A stretch of 64,000 bases of DNA. Source: Candidatus Moraniibacteriota bacterium. Lineage in GTDB: Bacteria; Patescibacteriota; Minisyncoccia; Moranbacterales; UBA1568. Where the stretch lies: NCBI GenBank assembly GCA_052035095.1, contig JBPOHW010000004.1, forward strand, positions 23,527-87,526, written 5' to 3'. Of this stretch, positions 27,076 to 37,147 are shown piece by piece. Every line of letters begins with the position of its first letter. Position 1 is the first letter of the stretch. The notes beneath the pieces were generated by a model that saw only the letters and a program-made list of their open reading frames with translations, made no database searches and had not been told where the DNA came from. Both the position numbers and the translations under genes were made by a program.

Positions 27076-28590
27076 ATGATGGAAAGAATGCAAAATCTTC
27101 TGTGGTACGCCTTTGTGTTTCTCTTGCCGTGGCAGATGGTGTGGATTGTTCGGGAGACATTCGTCGGCGGGGAGAAGTGGCAGTACGCGACGATGGGGCT
27201 TTATGTGTCGGATGTGGCGCTTCTCGCGTGTGCTGTTTTCTTGTGTCTCGGCGCGTCGCGCGACGTGTGGCGGGGAATGTTTCGTGACGCGATTGTGTGG
27301 ATTTTTGTAGCGCTTCTTGCGTGGTTGCTTCTCTCGATAGCGTGGGCGATGGAAAAAAATATGGCGCTTCTCTCGGCGTGGCGTGTTTTTCTTGTGATGC
27401 TTACGTATGCGTGCGCGCGGTATGGCGGGGTTTCTTTTCGGAAGACACTTCTCGTGTTTCTCATTTCGATGACGCTTCAGGCGGGACTCGCGATTTCGCA
27501 GTGGGTTTCGCAATTTGTCTCCGCGTCGAGCCTTTTCGGTATCGCCGAGCATGATCCGTCGCGATGGGGGAGTTTTGTTTTGAAAACCGAGAGTGGACGG
27601 TTTCTGCGTGCCTACGGCGGATTCGAACATCCCAATGTCTTGGGCGGCGCGCTTGCGATTGCGACGCTTTTTGGTGTGTGGCTCTCCGCGACGGCGAAGG
27701 GTATTGTTGCGAGGATTGGCTTTCTGGGGATGACCATTATGTCGAGCTTCACCCTCGTGTTCACTTTTTCACGGAGCGCGTGGATGGGATTTGGTATCGG
27801 GATGAGCGTGTTGTCTCTTGGTTCGATATGGCGTTTGTGTGAGGTGTGTGTTTCGTCATTCCCGCGAAGGCGGGAATCCAGGCTCCACAAAATGAAAGAA
27901 TTTTTGAAGGGAAATTTTATTGAAACAATTCTCCGAAAAACTGACGCTCCCGGAAATCTTTCGAAGAAAGTTCGTTTCGATATGTCGGTAGTCCTGTGGT
28001 ACCTGGATTCCCGCCTTCGCGGGAATGACGGAAAGAAAGATTGGAATTGCTTGGAAAATTCTCAAAGGCTTGTTCGATATGTGGGCGCAGTATTTCTTAT
28101 ACTCCTCTCTTTCTGTATCGGATTTTTTCTCGTTCGCGATATCGCGATGAGTCGGTTTTCGGAAGAGACGCTCGCGCGCGAAGGGTCGCTCTCGGATCGC
28201 GCGGCATATATGCAACAGGCATTGGCTGTCATACGCGAACATCCGATACTCGGTGTCGGCGGCGGGAATTTTACGGCGTTTACGCAAGCTCGTTTTCCTG
28301 AGAGCGGAAAATTCGTCGGCGATTTTCAACCGGTGCATACGGTGCCGATATTGGTCTTTGCCGAGCTTGGCGCGGTCGGGTTTGTTCTTTTTGCGTCGCT
28401 TTTCGTTTTTGCCTTTCTTTGCGCGTGGCGAGAAAAAAATATGTTTGCCGGCATGATACTCTGCGCGCTTCTCTCGATGCTTTTTCTTGATCACTGGCTC
28501 TGGAGCGGACATTTCGGCGCGGTGTTTCTCGGGTTTGTGTTGGGAATGTGTAGCCGAAAAGTTTCAAATCTCGAATTTTTTGAAAAATAG
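27076..28590 (+). CDS. O-antigen ligase/polymerase-like (Wzy_C / WaaL family) membrane protein, interrupted in-frame by a palindromic element
   Basis: Multi-TM protein with Wzy_C-like core (FTFSRSAWMGFGIGMSV...) and a typical C-terminal region. The track start at 26968 is TTG; the ATG at 27076 (MMERMQNLLWYAF...) is more plausible. It contains the 178-bp inverted-repeat insertion at 27854..28031, translated without a stop. Confidence 0.65.
   Translation: MMERMQNLLWYAFVFLLPWQMVWIVRETFVGGEKWQYATMGLYVSDVALLACAVFLCLGASRDVWRGMFRDAIVWIFVALLAWLLLSIAWAMEKNMALLSAWRVFLVMLTYACARYGGVSFRKTLLVFLISMTLQAGLAISQWVSQFVSASSLFGIAEHDPSRWGSFVLKTESGRFLRAYGGFEHPNVLGGALAIATLFGVWLSATAKGIVARIGFLGMTIMSSFTLVFTFSRSAWMGFGIGMSVLSLGSIWRLCEVCVSSFPRRRESRLHKMKEFLKGNFIETILRKTDAPGNLSKKVRFDMSVVLWYLDSRLRGNDGKKDWNCLENSQRLVRYVGAVFLILLSFCIGFFLVRDIAMSRFSEETLAREGSLSDRAAYMQQALAVIREHPILGVGGGNFTAFTQARFPESGKFVGDFQPVHTVPILVFAELGAVGFVLFASLFVFAFLCAWREKNMFAGMILCALLSMLFLDHWLWSGHFGAVFLGFVLGMCSRKVSNLEFFEK
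27854..28031. mobile_element. MITE-like palindromic element (178 bp) with perfect 29-bp terminal inverted repeats, inserted in-frame in the O-antigen ligase gene
   Basis: Left TIR cgtcattcccgcgaaggcgggaatccagg equals the reverse complement of the right TIR cctggattcccgccttcgcgggaatgacg. Each TIR contains an ATTCCC-N8-GGGAAT sub-palindrome. The AT-rich ~120-bp core contrasts with the flanking GC content. Confidence 0.7.
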
Positions 28591-28670
28591 TGAGAGGCGA
28601 GATGTCTTTGACAGAAAGACTTTTCCATGAAAGACTTTGATTGATTTCAACCGCAAGAGGTACATTAACA

Positions 28671-29138
28671 ATGGACGAAATGAATGAAGTTCGGATTTCG
28701 GTAATATCCGAAAAAGGAAAGTTTTGGTTCAGCTATGGCGATCTTAAATTTGATCGCTTCAGCTGCCGTGGAGAATATCATCTTGGAACCTTAACCTTGC
28801 TTCGGGAAGGAGAGGATGACAAAAAAGCTATCGTTTTGTGGCATGGCACGCACGCCGCATGCCCTTGCTTTGTAGGAGATGGTCTTATTCCGGATGCTTA
28901 TGCCCTTAGTTCTTTGGCCGCAGAACGGCTTAAAGTGGGAGACTCGCTTATTTTGCGTGTTCCCAAACAAGAAAATTTCGACTTTGAGCGTCTCATCCGA
29001 CAAGATTGGACTATTCGTAAAGCATGTGAGAATTTGGAGCCTGGAAAACCGTACACGTCAGAGGAATTTTTTGAAACGATGCTCAACGGAATTTCCTCAT
29101 GTAAAGCAGAAGCAGAGAAAGATACTCTGAGCTTCTAA
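28671..29138 (+). CDS. Hypothetical protein (156 aa) in a lower-GC patch
   Basis: The track start at 28641 is TTG; the ATG at 28671 has an AAGAGG Shine-Dalgarno 10 nt upstream. No recognisable domain. Followed by a clean terminator. Confidence 0.45.
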   Translation: MDEMNEVRISVISEKGKFWFSYGDLKFDRFSCRGEYHLGTLTLLREGEDDKKAIVLWHGTHAACPCFVGDGLIPDAYALSSLAAERLKVGDSLILRVPKQENFDFERLIRQDWTIRKACENLEPGKPYTSEEFFETMLNGISSCKAEAEKDTLSF

Positions 29139-29154
29139 AATAAGTAACTCACAA

Positions 29155-29178
29155 GGTCCCTCTATCGGGACCTTTTGA
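29155..29178 (+). terminator. Rho-independent terminator
   Basis: ggtccc-tctatc-gggacc hairpin followed by TTTTG. Confidence 0.6.
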
Positions 29179-29345
29179 ATTTGAGGCGGAAGTATCTTCT
29201 TTGCGATAATGTGAATGCACTCTCGACATCATCGAAACAAGAATCAGGATAACGATGACGATGAAAAGGGACAAAAAAAGTAGCGAGCAAACGCGACCGC
29301 GCAAGCTCGCGCGGTCGCGCGTGGAGGCTATTCTTGCGGAGAGGG

Positions 29346-32300
29346 CTATGATGATGAAGAATTTCGATTTTTTCTCTTTATCATCGAAACGAGAATCGGG
29401 ATGATGAGGAGGGTGAAGAAGGAGGAGACGGCGAGGCCGAAGATGATGGCGGTGCCGAGGGCGCGCCAGAGCGCGTCGGAGAGGGTGATGGGGACGAGAC
29501 CGAGAATGGTGGAGAAGGACGTGATGAAGATTGCCTCGATGCGGGATTTTCCGGCATCGATGATGCCTTCGGTATATTCGAGACCACTTTCCCAGTTGAG
29601 GTTTATTTTGTCAATGAGGATGATCGCGTTTTTGACGACGATGCCGAAGAGGGCGAGGATGCCGATGAGTCCCGGGAAGGAGAGGGGGACGCCGAAGATT
29701 GCCATCCCGACAAAGACGCCGATCATGGCGAGGGGGAGTGTGGCGAGGACGATCACTGCTTGCGTGACGGAATTGAATTGGATGATGAGGGTTGCCACGA
29801 TGAGGATGATCGCGATGACGAGCGCGTTCAGGATAGATTGCACGGATTCTTGATTTTGCTCGTTCTCGCCGCCGTAGGTGATTGAATAGCCGTCGGGGAG
29901 TCGGTATTCTCCCGCTACTTTCTCTTGGAAAGCGGAGAGGACTTCGTTGGGGCGCGTGCCGGTTTCGACGCCGGAAGAGAGGAGGACGGATCGTTTCTGG
30001 TCGATGCGTGTGATCGATTCGAGCGAGGGCTTGAGCTCGATCGTGGCGAGCTCGCCGAGTCGGACGGTAGCTCCTCTGGCGTTTTTGAATTCGATATTTC
30101 GCACCTCGTCGAGGGTCGGGATTGTGGCGTCATCGAAACGAGCGACGACACTGATTTCGTCGTTGTCGCGGAGGACGGTAGTGATTTCGGTGCCGGAAAT
30201 CGCCATACGAAGCGCGCTTCCGATACCGGTCGCGTCGAGTCCGAAGTAGGCGAGGCGGTTATGGTCGAGGGAGAAGGTATAGTCGGCGGGCGCATTCTTG
30301 AGCGAGGTGCTGATGTTCGTCGTTCCGGGGATATTCGCGAGAATTTGTTTGAGATCGCCGGCGATGCGTTCTATTTCTCGGAGGTCGTCTCCGGAAATTC
30401 GCGCTTCGAAGGATGCGCCTGACGGAGGACCGCCCGCCAAACTGGCAACTCGAATATCGGCGCCGGAAATGGTTTTGAAATCTTCGCGCATTCTGTCGGC
30501 GAGCTCGAAGGAGGTGCGGTTCCGATCGTGTTTGTCGGAGAGCTTGACGGTGATTCCGGCGAGGTGTGAGGCGTTCCCGCCGACGCCTCCCGTTCCATCT
30601 TGGGACGCGCCGGCATTGCCGACTACGGTGGAAAAGTCCACGATTTCCGGATAGCCCAAGAGTCTTTCCTCGACTTTTTGAATGAGGCGGTTGGTTTCTT
30701 CGAGCTTCAAACCCGTCGGCGCTTCGAGGTTGACGAAGATGAGTTCTTCATCGGAGGGCGGGAAGAATTCGGTTGGCACGATACCGAAAACGGGAAGGAG
30801 TACGGCGCCAATGAAAAGCGCGAACGTCCCAAGAAGCACGGTCCATTTCCGTCGCGCGCTCGCAAGGACGCCTCGGAGGAACTTTTCGTAGGGTGGGATG
30901 ATGTGATCGAAGTGAATGACGCCGTGAATGAGGCGATCCTTCCAGGCTGTGTCTTCGCGATTTCCCGCCTCTTTGAGGCGCGCCTTGATGAGTGCGTCGC
31001 TTTCCCATTCGCGCTCGACCAAGGATGTGTTGTTGGTAAGAATGCGATTTCCGTTTTTGAAAAAGAACCAGAGCGCGAGACGAACAATGAGGATAAGCGC
31101 GACTCCCGCAAGCGACGCGCCCCAGATATTTTTTAAGAAAATGCCGTACGCGATAATTCCCGCCAGAGTCGCCAGCGAAATGAAGAACCAGTTTCGCGTG
31201 AAGCGAACGCGCTCGAGGGCGGCGGCGAGCGGATGATTGATCATAAGCGCGATACCGAGCGAGGCGATGAGGGTGACCGTGACGGTGATCGGGATGGATT
31301 TGATGAATTGCCCGATGATGCCGGTCGCGAGAAGGAGCGGCAGGAACGCCCACACGGTGGTGAGGGTTGTCGTTGTGAGGACGACCTTGAAATCACGCAG
31401 AACGAGGAGGACGGCTTCTTCCGGTGTGAATTTGCCGGTACGGAGATATTGCTTGGTCGCGGAGACGACGACGATCGCGTCATCTACAAGGAGTCCCATC
31501 GAGAGGAGGAGGGAAAAGAGCGAGAGGAAGTTCAAGGAAATGCCCGAGAGGAGCATGGTGCCAAATGTAACGAAGAAGACGAGTGGAATGGTCATACCGG
31601 CGATGATCGCCTCTTTGAGTCCCACGACCAAGAACAGTGTCGTCATCACGAGTCCCACGGTGATAAAGAAGTCGCGCGTGAGTTCATCGAAATTCTTGCG
31701 AATCTCTTTGGCGAAATCGACGGTGACGGTCCACTGTGTTTCCGGGGGGAAATTTTCCGACAGGCGTTCCATGGTGCGATTTGCCTCATCAACCGTTTCG
31801 ATGATGTTGCCGCCGGTTCGTTTCACGATGTCGAGGGTGACGGCGTTTTCGGGAGCGGAGCCGTTGATCGAAAGCCTCGAAAGAATCGTGCGTTTTCTGG
31901 CAATTTCTTCAACTTCCGCGATGTCTCGAAGGAGTACGGCGCCGCCGTTTTCGTAGAATCGAATGGGAATATTTCCGAGTTCTTCGGCGGTGAAGAAGCG
32001 GGCGTCGGTACGGAGGGGGTAGGAGAATCGCGCGCCGTCCTTGGCGCCCGCGGGAATGGCGCGATTGGTCGCGGCGATCGCGCGGTTTGCTTCGTCGGCG
32101 GAGATGCCGAGCGCGGAGAGTTTCGCCGGGTCGTAGGAAACGGAAATTTCCCGTTCGTCGCCGCCGGAGACGCGCACTTCGCGGACGCCCTGAATTTTTT
32201 CAAGCTCGTCTTTGGCGCTATCGGCGAGGTCGCGAAGAGCGAGTCCGTTGAGCGAACCCGAGAGGGCGATGGTAAGAATCGGTTGATCATCGAAAGAAAT

Positions 32301-32765
32301 TTCTTTGACGGATGGATCCTCAGCGTCATCCGGCAATTCGCTTTTGATTTCCGAAACGGCATCGCGGAGGCGGCGGATGGCGTCGTCGAGGGGTTCGCTC
32401 GCTTCGTATTCGACCGTGATCGCGGAGAGGGAATTCGCGGAATTCGAAGTGATTTTCTTGATGCCGGAGAGTCCGGCTATTTTCGTCTCTATTTTTTTGG
32501 TGACGAGCTCCTCGACGTCTCCCGGAGAAGCGCCCGGGAAGGGGGTCGCGACAATGGCGATCGGAATTTTGACTTCCGGATTGGATTCGCGCGGGAGCTT
32601 TCCAAACGACCAGAGTCCCCAGAGGGAAATGCCGGCAATGAGGAGGAGGACGACGCGCGGGCGCGTGACGAAAAAGTTGAACGCGCTTTTCCTGAGCTTC
32701 GGATCGAATTCGAGCTTTTCCAAATATTCGGAATCGGAAGAGGGATTGTTGGATTTTGGATTCAT
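29346..32765 (-). CDS. RND-family efflux transporter permease (AcrB/HAE1-like, 12 TM)
   Basis: 1139 aa with the characteristic AcrB architecture, two large periplasmic loops, and conserved TM4/TM10 regions. The ATG is at 32765. Confidence 0.85.
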   Translation of the reverse strand: MNPKSNNPSSDSEYLEKLEFDPKLRKSAFNFFVTRPRVVLLLIAGISLWGLWSFGKLPRESNPEVKIPIAIVATPFPGASPGDVEELVTKKIETKIAGLSGIKKITSNSANSLSAITVEYEASEPLDDAIRRLRDAVSEIKSELPDDAEDPSVKEISFDDQPILTIALSGSLNGLALRDLADSAKDELEKIQGVREVRVSGGDEREISVSYDPAKLSALGISADEANRAIAATNRAIPAGAKDGARFSYPLRTDARFFTAEELGNIPIRFYENGGAVLLRDIAEVEEIARKRTILSRLSINGSAPENAVTLDIVKRTGGNIIETVDEANRTMERLSENFPPETQWTVTVDFAKEIRKNFDELTRDFFITVGLVMTTLFLVVGLKEAIIAGMTIPLVFFVTFGTMLLSGISLNFLSLFSLLLSMGLLVDDAIVVVSATKQYLRTGKFTPEEAVLLVLRDFKVVLTTTTLTTVWAFLPLLLATGIIGQFIKSIPITVTVTLIASLGIALMINHPLAAALERVRFTRNWFFISLATLAGIIAYGIFLKNIWGASLAGVALILIVRLALWFFFKNGNRILTNNTSLVEREWESDALIKARLKEAGNREDTAWKDRLIHGVIHFDHIIPPYEKFLRGVLASARRKWTVLLGTFALFIGAVLLPVFGIVPTEFFPPSDEELIFVNLEAPTGLKLEETNRLIQKVEERLLGYPEIVDFSTVVGNAGASQDGTGGVGGNASHLAGITVKLSDKHDRNRTSFELADRMREDFKTISGADIRVASLAGGPPSGASFEARISGDDLREIERIAGDLKQILANIPGTTNISTSLKNAPADYTFSLDHNRLAYFGLDATGIGSALRMAISGTEITTVLRDNDEISVVARFDDATIPTLDEVRNIEFKNARGATVRLGELATIELKPSLESITRIDQKRSVLLSSGVETGTRPNEVLSAFQEKVAGEYRLPDGYSITYGGENEQNQESVQSILNALVIAIILIVATLIIQFNSVTQAVIVLATLPLAMIGVFVGMAIFGVPLSFPGLIGILALFGIVVKNAIILIDKINLNWESGLEYTEGIIDAGKSRIEAIFITSFSTILGLVPITLSDALWRALGTAIIFGLAVSSFFTLLIIPILVSMIKRKNRNSSSS

Positions 32766-32792
32766 GGGAAATTGTTACTTGTTTGATCTACA

Positions 32793-32979
32793 AAGAAATT
32801 TTGTATTCGGCACGTTCAAGAAATGCTCCGGGGCTTGGTAGTAGCGTCTGTTGGTTTTGGATGGAAATAACCTCCCAAAGAAGCTTTCGTTTGTGGTTTT
32901 CGTAGGTCTGCCCGCCGCTGCGTTAATTTCTTTCTCCCTGCCTTGCCGGCAGACAGGTTAGCCGAATACAAAATTTCTT
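32793..32979. ncRNA. Candidate structured RNA / non-autonomous element, copy A (conserved core closed by a 19-bp perfect stem)
   Basis: Arms aagaaattttgtattcggc / gccgaatacaaaatttctt enclose a core (acgttcaagaaatgctccggggcttggtag...tgatggaaataacctcccaaagaagctttcg) that is ~85% identical to 40316..40400. The arms differ from those of copy B yet remain perfectly complementary (covariation). Strand undetermined. Confidence 0.4.
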
Positions 32980-32992
32980 CTTTTGTACTTCT

Positions 32993-34075
32993 TTATTCTT
33001 CGGATATCTTCATTCCATCCTCGAGTGTCCCCGTGCTTTCTATGATGACAGCGGCGTTTTCCGGAATATCGGCGGAGACGATGCCGGTTTCGCCGGAGAC
33101 GATGATGGAGGTGGCGGATATTTTCTTGGCTTTTTCGTTTTCCGCTACGAAGAAGAACGAGCCCTCTTGGTTGGTGGTGATGGCGGAGAGGGGGAGGAAG
33201 AATGAGGAGGCTTCAGATGCGATTTGGCGAATTTCTATGATGGCGCTCCCGATGGTGCCGGAGGGGATGGAGTCTTTTTCGAGGCGCGCCTCAATGGGGA
33301 ATTTGCCGGTTGCCGGATCGGCGTGCGCGGCGATTGAGGTGACGTGTGCCGTTTTCTCCCGGTTTTCTTGGAGGAGGATTCGCACGGAATCACCAATCGC
33401 GAGCGAGTCGCGAACGCGTTCCGATACTTGGAAGCGCGCCTTTGGAGCGCTTCCTGTGGCGATCTTCGCGAGCATGGTGCCCGGCGTGACGGAGCTTCCG
33501 ACGTTGACGTATTTTTCCGAGATGATGCCGGAGAGAGGCGCGCGGACGGTGGAAGCATCGAGCGCATTGGCGAGGGCTATCTCGGCTTCTTCGAGACGGA
33601 GTCGCGCGAGGTCGCGGTCGAGATAACTCTCTTTGTTGGTGTTCTTCTCGGCGAGGCGTTTCGCTTCTTTGTAGGATTTCCGCGCGGAAGAGACGGCGAT
33701 TTCGGCTTGTCGAATCGCTTCCGATCGGATGCCGCTCTTTGAGAGTATGGAACCGTTGGGATCGGTGATGCGGACGAGTGTGGCGCCCTGCCTGATAGAA
33801 CTTCCCACCTCGAAGCTTGCCGAGGCTATCGTGCCGGAAGTTTCCGCCGTGATCACGGTTTCATTGTCGGCGACAATGACGACGGGGAGACGTTCTTCGG
33901 ACGTTATGCTTTTCAAATCGCCCGCTTTTTTGACCGAGACTTCGAGGGCACGCTCGTCCGCTCCCGCTTCACTCGGTGTTTGTGCGGATTCGTTTTTCCT
34001 TGCGGCAAAGTACCAAAGACCGAAGAGTCCGAGGAGTATAGCCGCGAGAATGAGCGCTGTTTTGGTGCGTATCAT
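32993..34075 (-). CDS. RND efflux periplasmic adaptor (membrane fusion protein, HlyD/AcrA-like)
   Basis: N-terminal TM anchor, coiled-coil hairpin region (RLRLEEAEIALANA...), and beta-barrel/MP domains. Lies upstream of the RND permease on the same strand. Confidence 0.8.
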   Translation of the reverse strand: MIRTKTALILAAILLGLFGLWYFAARKNESAQTPSEAGADERALEVSVKKAGDLKSITSEERLPVVIVADNETVITAETSGTIASASFEVGSSIRQGATLVRITDPNGSILSKSGIRSEAIRQAEIAVSSARKSYKEAKRLAEKNTNKESYLDRDLARLRLEEAEIALANALDASTVRAPLSGIISEKYVNVGSSVTPGTMLAKIATGSAPKARFQVSERVRDSLAIGDSVRILLQENREKTAHVTSIAAHADPATGKFPIEARLEKDSIPSGTIGSAIIEIRQIASEASSFFLPLSAITTNQEGSFFFVAENEKAKKISATSIIVSGETGIVSADIPENAAVIIESTGTLEDGMKISEE

Positions 34076-34171
34076 AGGGAATTGTATTCAAATGAGCAAT
34101 TCGTCAATTTTCCTTGAAAAAGAGAGAGATGTCAAGGCTTGTGGGAAGGATTTTTCTGTGTCAACATTGAA

Positions 34172-37024
34172 ATGTTTCCTGATTTGGTACAAATAGAGCA
34201 TTTTATGGGGATGTTGTGGAAGTTTCTTCGGATGTATTGGGAAGAATGCGCCCTTCTGGTGGCGCTTGTTTTTGCTGTGGGAATTCTTTTGATTCCACAA
34301 AGAACTATTCTTTATTTCTCTTGGCTGTACGTGTCTTTTGTGGCCATTGGTATTGTTTATTCTGTGCGGAAGAAGTTTCAAGAAAGCGTGAAAGAAGCAG
34401 AATGGGGAGAACAAAAAAGACGAAAAGATTCGCCAACATCAATTTTTCTTGATGATAAAGAAATAGAGGATGAAAAACATGATGTTCTTGGCATTGCGGA
34501 AGATGCCAAGCATTTCGGGGAACAGGTTTTGAATGGCGGCGCCGATAATGCCATGATTTTTGGTTTGGATGCGGCGTGGGGGAGTGGGAAGTCGAGTTTT
34601 CTCAACCTCTCTAAGAAACAGGTTTGGGAAACAAAAGAAAACAAAGAAAAGGTTGCGGTCTTTACTTTTCGACCGATACTTTTTGACGCGCGCAAACAGG
34701 ATATTGCGGAGATTTTTATTCGCGAGTTTTTTTCTTTTCTCAAGGAGGAAAGAATGCTTTCCAGAAGGTTGGAAAGCGATAGATGGAAACTTGTGCGCTT
34801 AATAAGTGATGTTTCGATGGGAGGCGATCTTTTTGGTATACGATTTCGCGTTCCTCAAGAATCTTTGGATGAAGTACTCGAGCGAATTCGAAATGAAATC
34901 AAAAAGCTTCCCAAGAAGATCATTGTCATTGTTGACGATCTCGACCGATTGTATGTGGAAGAAGTGAAGGCGATTCTCGGTGTGGTGCGAAATATCTTTT
35001 TTATTCCAAAGATTACTTTTGTTCTGTGCTACGACACGAGCAATATCAATAGTTTTGAATTTCAGAAAAAAGTGGTTCACACCGAATCCGAATCATACGC
35101 CACCTCAAAAGATGATGATGTCAAAAGAAAATTGTATTCTCGTGCTGATCACGAACCCGATAGCCAAAGAATAAACGCCTATCTCGAGAAAATTGTGCAG
35201 GTCAAAAAAACGCTCATTCCCGATAGGGATAAGCTATGGAATTTTTTCGAAAAGAAAGTGAGGGACTATTTTTCCGATGCAGACCTCGTGAATTGCGAGA
35301 CTTTTATTGAAGGAATCAAACCTTTTTTTCAAGAGGAATGCTATCCAAAGTATGCCCCCTACTTGGGGGATATCCGGAAAATAAAAAGAATTCTCAACTT
35401 TATTCGTATTTCCAGATTTCTCAAGTTAATGAAAAAAGACATGCGTGGTCGAGATATTAGTTCGAAATATCTTTTTCAGTTTATTTTGATATATATCAAT
35501 TACCCGCACATTTTTCGAAAAATTTATATTGAGGAAACAAGCGGATCCTCGGGATTCTTTTCTGTTATTTATTGTGATAAGGATAAAGAAGATTGTACTC
35601 CTGCGGGTTTCAAGAATTCGTCACAGTTTCTTGATTTTCTCAAGACGGTTTCTGAAGAACAGAGATTTTTGCTTGAAGAATTATTTCGTGTGCCGATATT
35701 TGATAAATCTGAAATTTTTGAGAGAAGGCAATACGAGGAAGAAATGGAGAAGCCTAAATTTCAGAGATATTCCCCCCTTTTTAATGGGGGATACTTTTCT
35801 CGGATAAACCTGAGGGATTATCTCGAGATTGTTTATGAGGGAAAGTCTATTGACATTTGGTTGCATGATAATTTTCATATCAATAAAATTAAGGAATTGG
35901 AAAATCGGAGTGTTCAAGACATATTTAATGCAACGCCGGAGTATGGTGCGGATATTGGTGAAAAATCTCGCGATATGTTTTTTGGAAAATTGCGGACTAA
36001 AGACGTTCCATTTTCTTCCGCTGAAAAGGTCATCGAATATATCACTCACAATTTGTCTCATTATTCGATGATCAGCGAATTTTCGGGAGTGTATGAGGGA
36101 ATTCGCGCTGGGCTGGTATATCGATTGCTATGGATGCTCGAGCTTCGAGGGTGGGAGGATGAAAAGAGGGAATCATACGAAAATACCGATGAGAATATCC
36201 GAGTTCTCGCGGAGAAAATTTTGGGGAATGAGCAATATCCATCACTGGTGAATACACTTTTTGATTCTGGCGGCAACCCGATTCTCGCGGTCAATGATGC
36301 GACCAAACTCATATACGCGTGCACTGGTACAAGATCAAGTTCTCTTTTCAATGTTCGCCGATCACTTGAAAACTATGCCAAAGAACATTCGATCGATGTG
36401 ATGGAGGCTCTGTCGCGAAAAGCATTTTTGTTTTTCCATAAGCGCATCATTTCCGAGAAGAAGAATTTTCTTCGGGATATCGCCGATATGGACGAGGCGC
36501 TTCTCTTGGGTGATTTCTCGGAGGCTATTTGGAAAAAATTTGAGGAAAAGAAAGATGGTCTTGAAGAGGAGGTGGCAAAAATAAAAAACAGCCTTGCTTC
36601 CGCGCTCTTGTTTCGGTTTGCGCGCGATGAGGAGCGATCAATGGGGAAGTATCTCTTTGATGATACGAAGAAAATATCGGAAGTTATGCGAGAGTATCTT
36701 CTTGAGATATGTTTCAACGTTGATGCGGATATGCGAAACGCGGAACTTTTTCTGAATTTCGCACTAGCGTCTTTCGGCGATGAATCAACCGGGTTTCAAG
36801 AGTGGGTTCCGGATGTTTCTCTTTTGGAAAAAACCCTCGGTCCTGATCGTTTGCGGAGCTATTGGCTGGAGAGGGGCGAAGTCATCAAAAAATGCGGGCG
36901 CTCGCTCGCACTCGCCTCGCCGGATAAAAAAGTGGTGACGTATAACTATGTCGCCACCTACCGGAAAGACATGGAGAAACTTTTTGAGAAACTCGATGAG
37001 CGGTTTTTGAAGGAAGGAGAGTAG
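34172..37024 (+). CDS. KAP-family P-loop NTPase with N-terminal transmembrane segment and long C-terminal region (~950 aa); AT-rich gene
   Basis: KAP-type Walker A GLDAAWGSGKSSFLN. Walker B hhhhDDLDR (IIVIVDDLDRL). Two TM helices precede the P-loop. The start is uncertain: the track gives TTG 34139; ATGs occur at 34172, 34205 and 34211. GC is markedly lower than in the surrounding genes. Confidence 0.65.
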   Translation: MFPDLVQIEHFMGMLWKFLRMYWEECALLVALVFAVGILLIPQRTILYFSWLYVSFVAIGIVYSVRKKFQESVKEAEWGEQKRRKDSPTSIFLDDKEIEDEKHDVLGIAEDAKHFGEQVLNGGADNAMIFGLDAAWGSGKSSFLNLSKKQVWETKENKEKVAVFTFRPILFDARKQDIAEIFIREFFSFLKEERMLSRRLESDRWKLVRLISDVSMGGDLFGIRFRVPQESLDEVLERIRNEIKKLPKKIIVIVDDLDRLYVEEVKAILGVVRNIFFIPKITFVLCYDTSNINSFEFQKKVVHTESESYATSKDDDVKRKLYSRADHEPDSQRINAYLEKIVQVKKTLIPDRDKLWNFFEKKVRDYFSDADLVNCETFIEGIKPFFQEECYPKYAPYLGDIRKIKRILNFIRISRFLKLMKKDMRGRDISSKYLFQFILIYINYPHIFRKIYIEETSGSSGFFSVIYCDKDKEDCTPAGFKNSSQFLDFLKTVSEEQRFLLEELFRVPIFDKSEIFERRQYEEEMEKPKFQRYSPLFNGGYFSRINLRDYLEIVYEGKSIDIWLHDNFHINKIKELENRSVQDIFNATPEYGADIGEKSRDMFFGKLRTKDVPFSSAEKVIEYITHNLSHYSMISEFSGVYEGIRAGLVYRLLWMLELRGWEDEKRESYENTDENIRVLAEKILGNEQYPSLVNTLFDSGGNPILAVNDATKLIYACTGTRSSSLFNVRRSLENYAKEHSIDVMEALSRKAFLFFHKRIISEKKNFLRDIADMDEALLLGDFSEAIWKKFEEKKDGLEEEVAKIKNSLASALLFRFARDEERSMGKYLFDDTKKISEVMREYLLEICFNVDADMRNAELFLNFALASFGDESTGFQEWVPDVSLLEKTLGPDRLRSYWLERGEVIKKCGRSLALASPDKKVVTYNYVATYRKDMEKLFEKLDERFLKEGE

Positions 37025-37147
37025 TCAACTTTCTAATTTTTCGAAGTATAGGGGTACTTTCTCATGTTGAGAACGGAGCGGGTTTCCATTGACATTCAAT
37101 TGGCTTTTGTTTTAGTATCGTTTCAGGTAAAGAGGAGGTGAAGTGTC

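Noticed and set aside
26764-27630. 288-aa minus-strand ORF antisense to the O-antigen ligase, and 27856..28512 (-)
   Set aside because: Basic low-complexity translation antisense to a membrane-protein gene. The sense strand has clear Wzy_C features.
31233-32786. 517-aa + strand ORF and several others (29401..29853, 29925..30422, 30600..31136) overlapping the RND gene
   Set aside because: Antisense shadow ORFs. The minus-strand 1139-aa AcrB-like protein is unambiguous.
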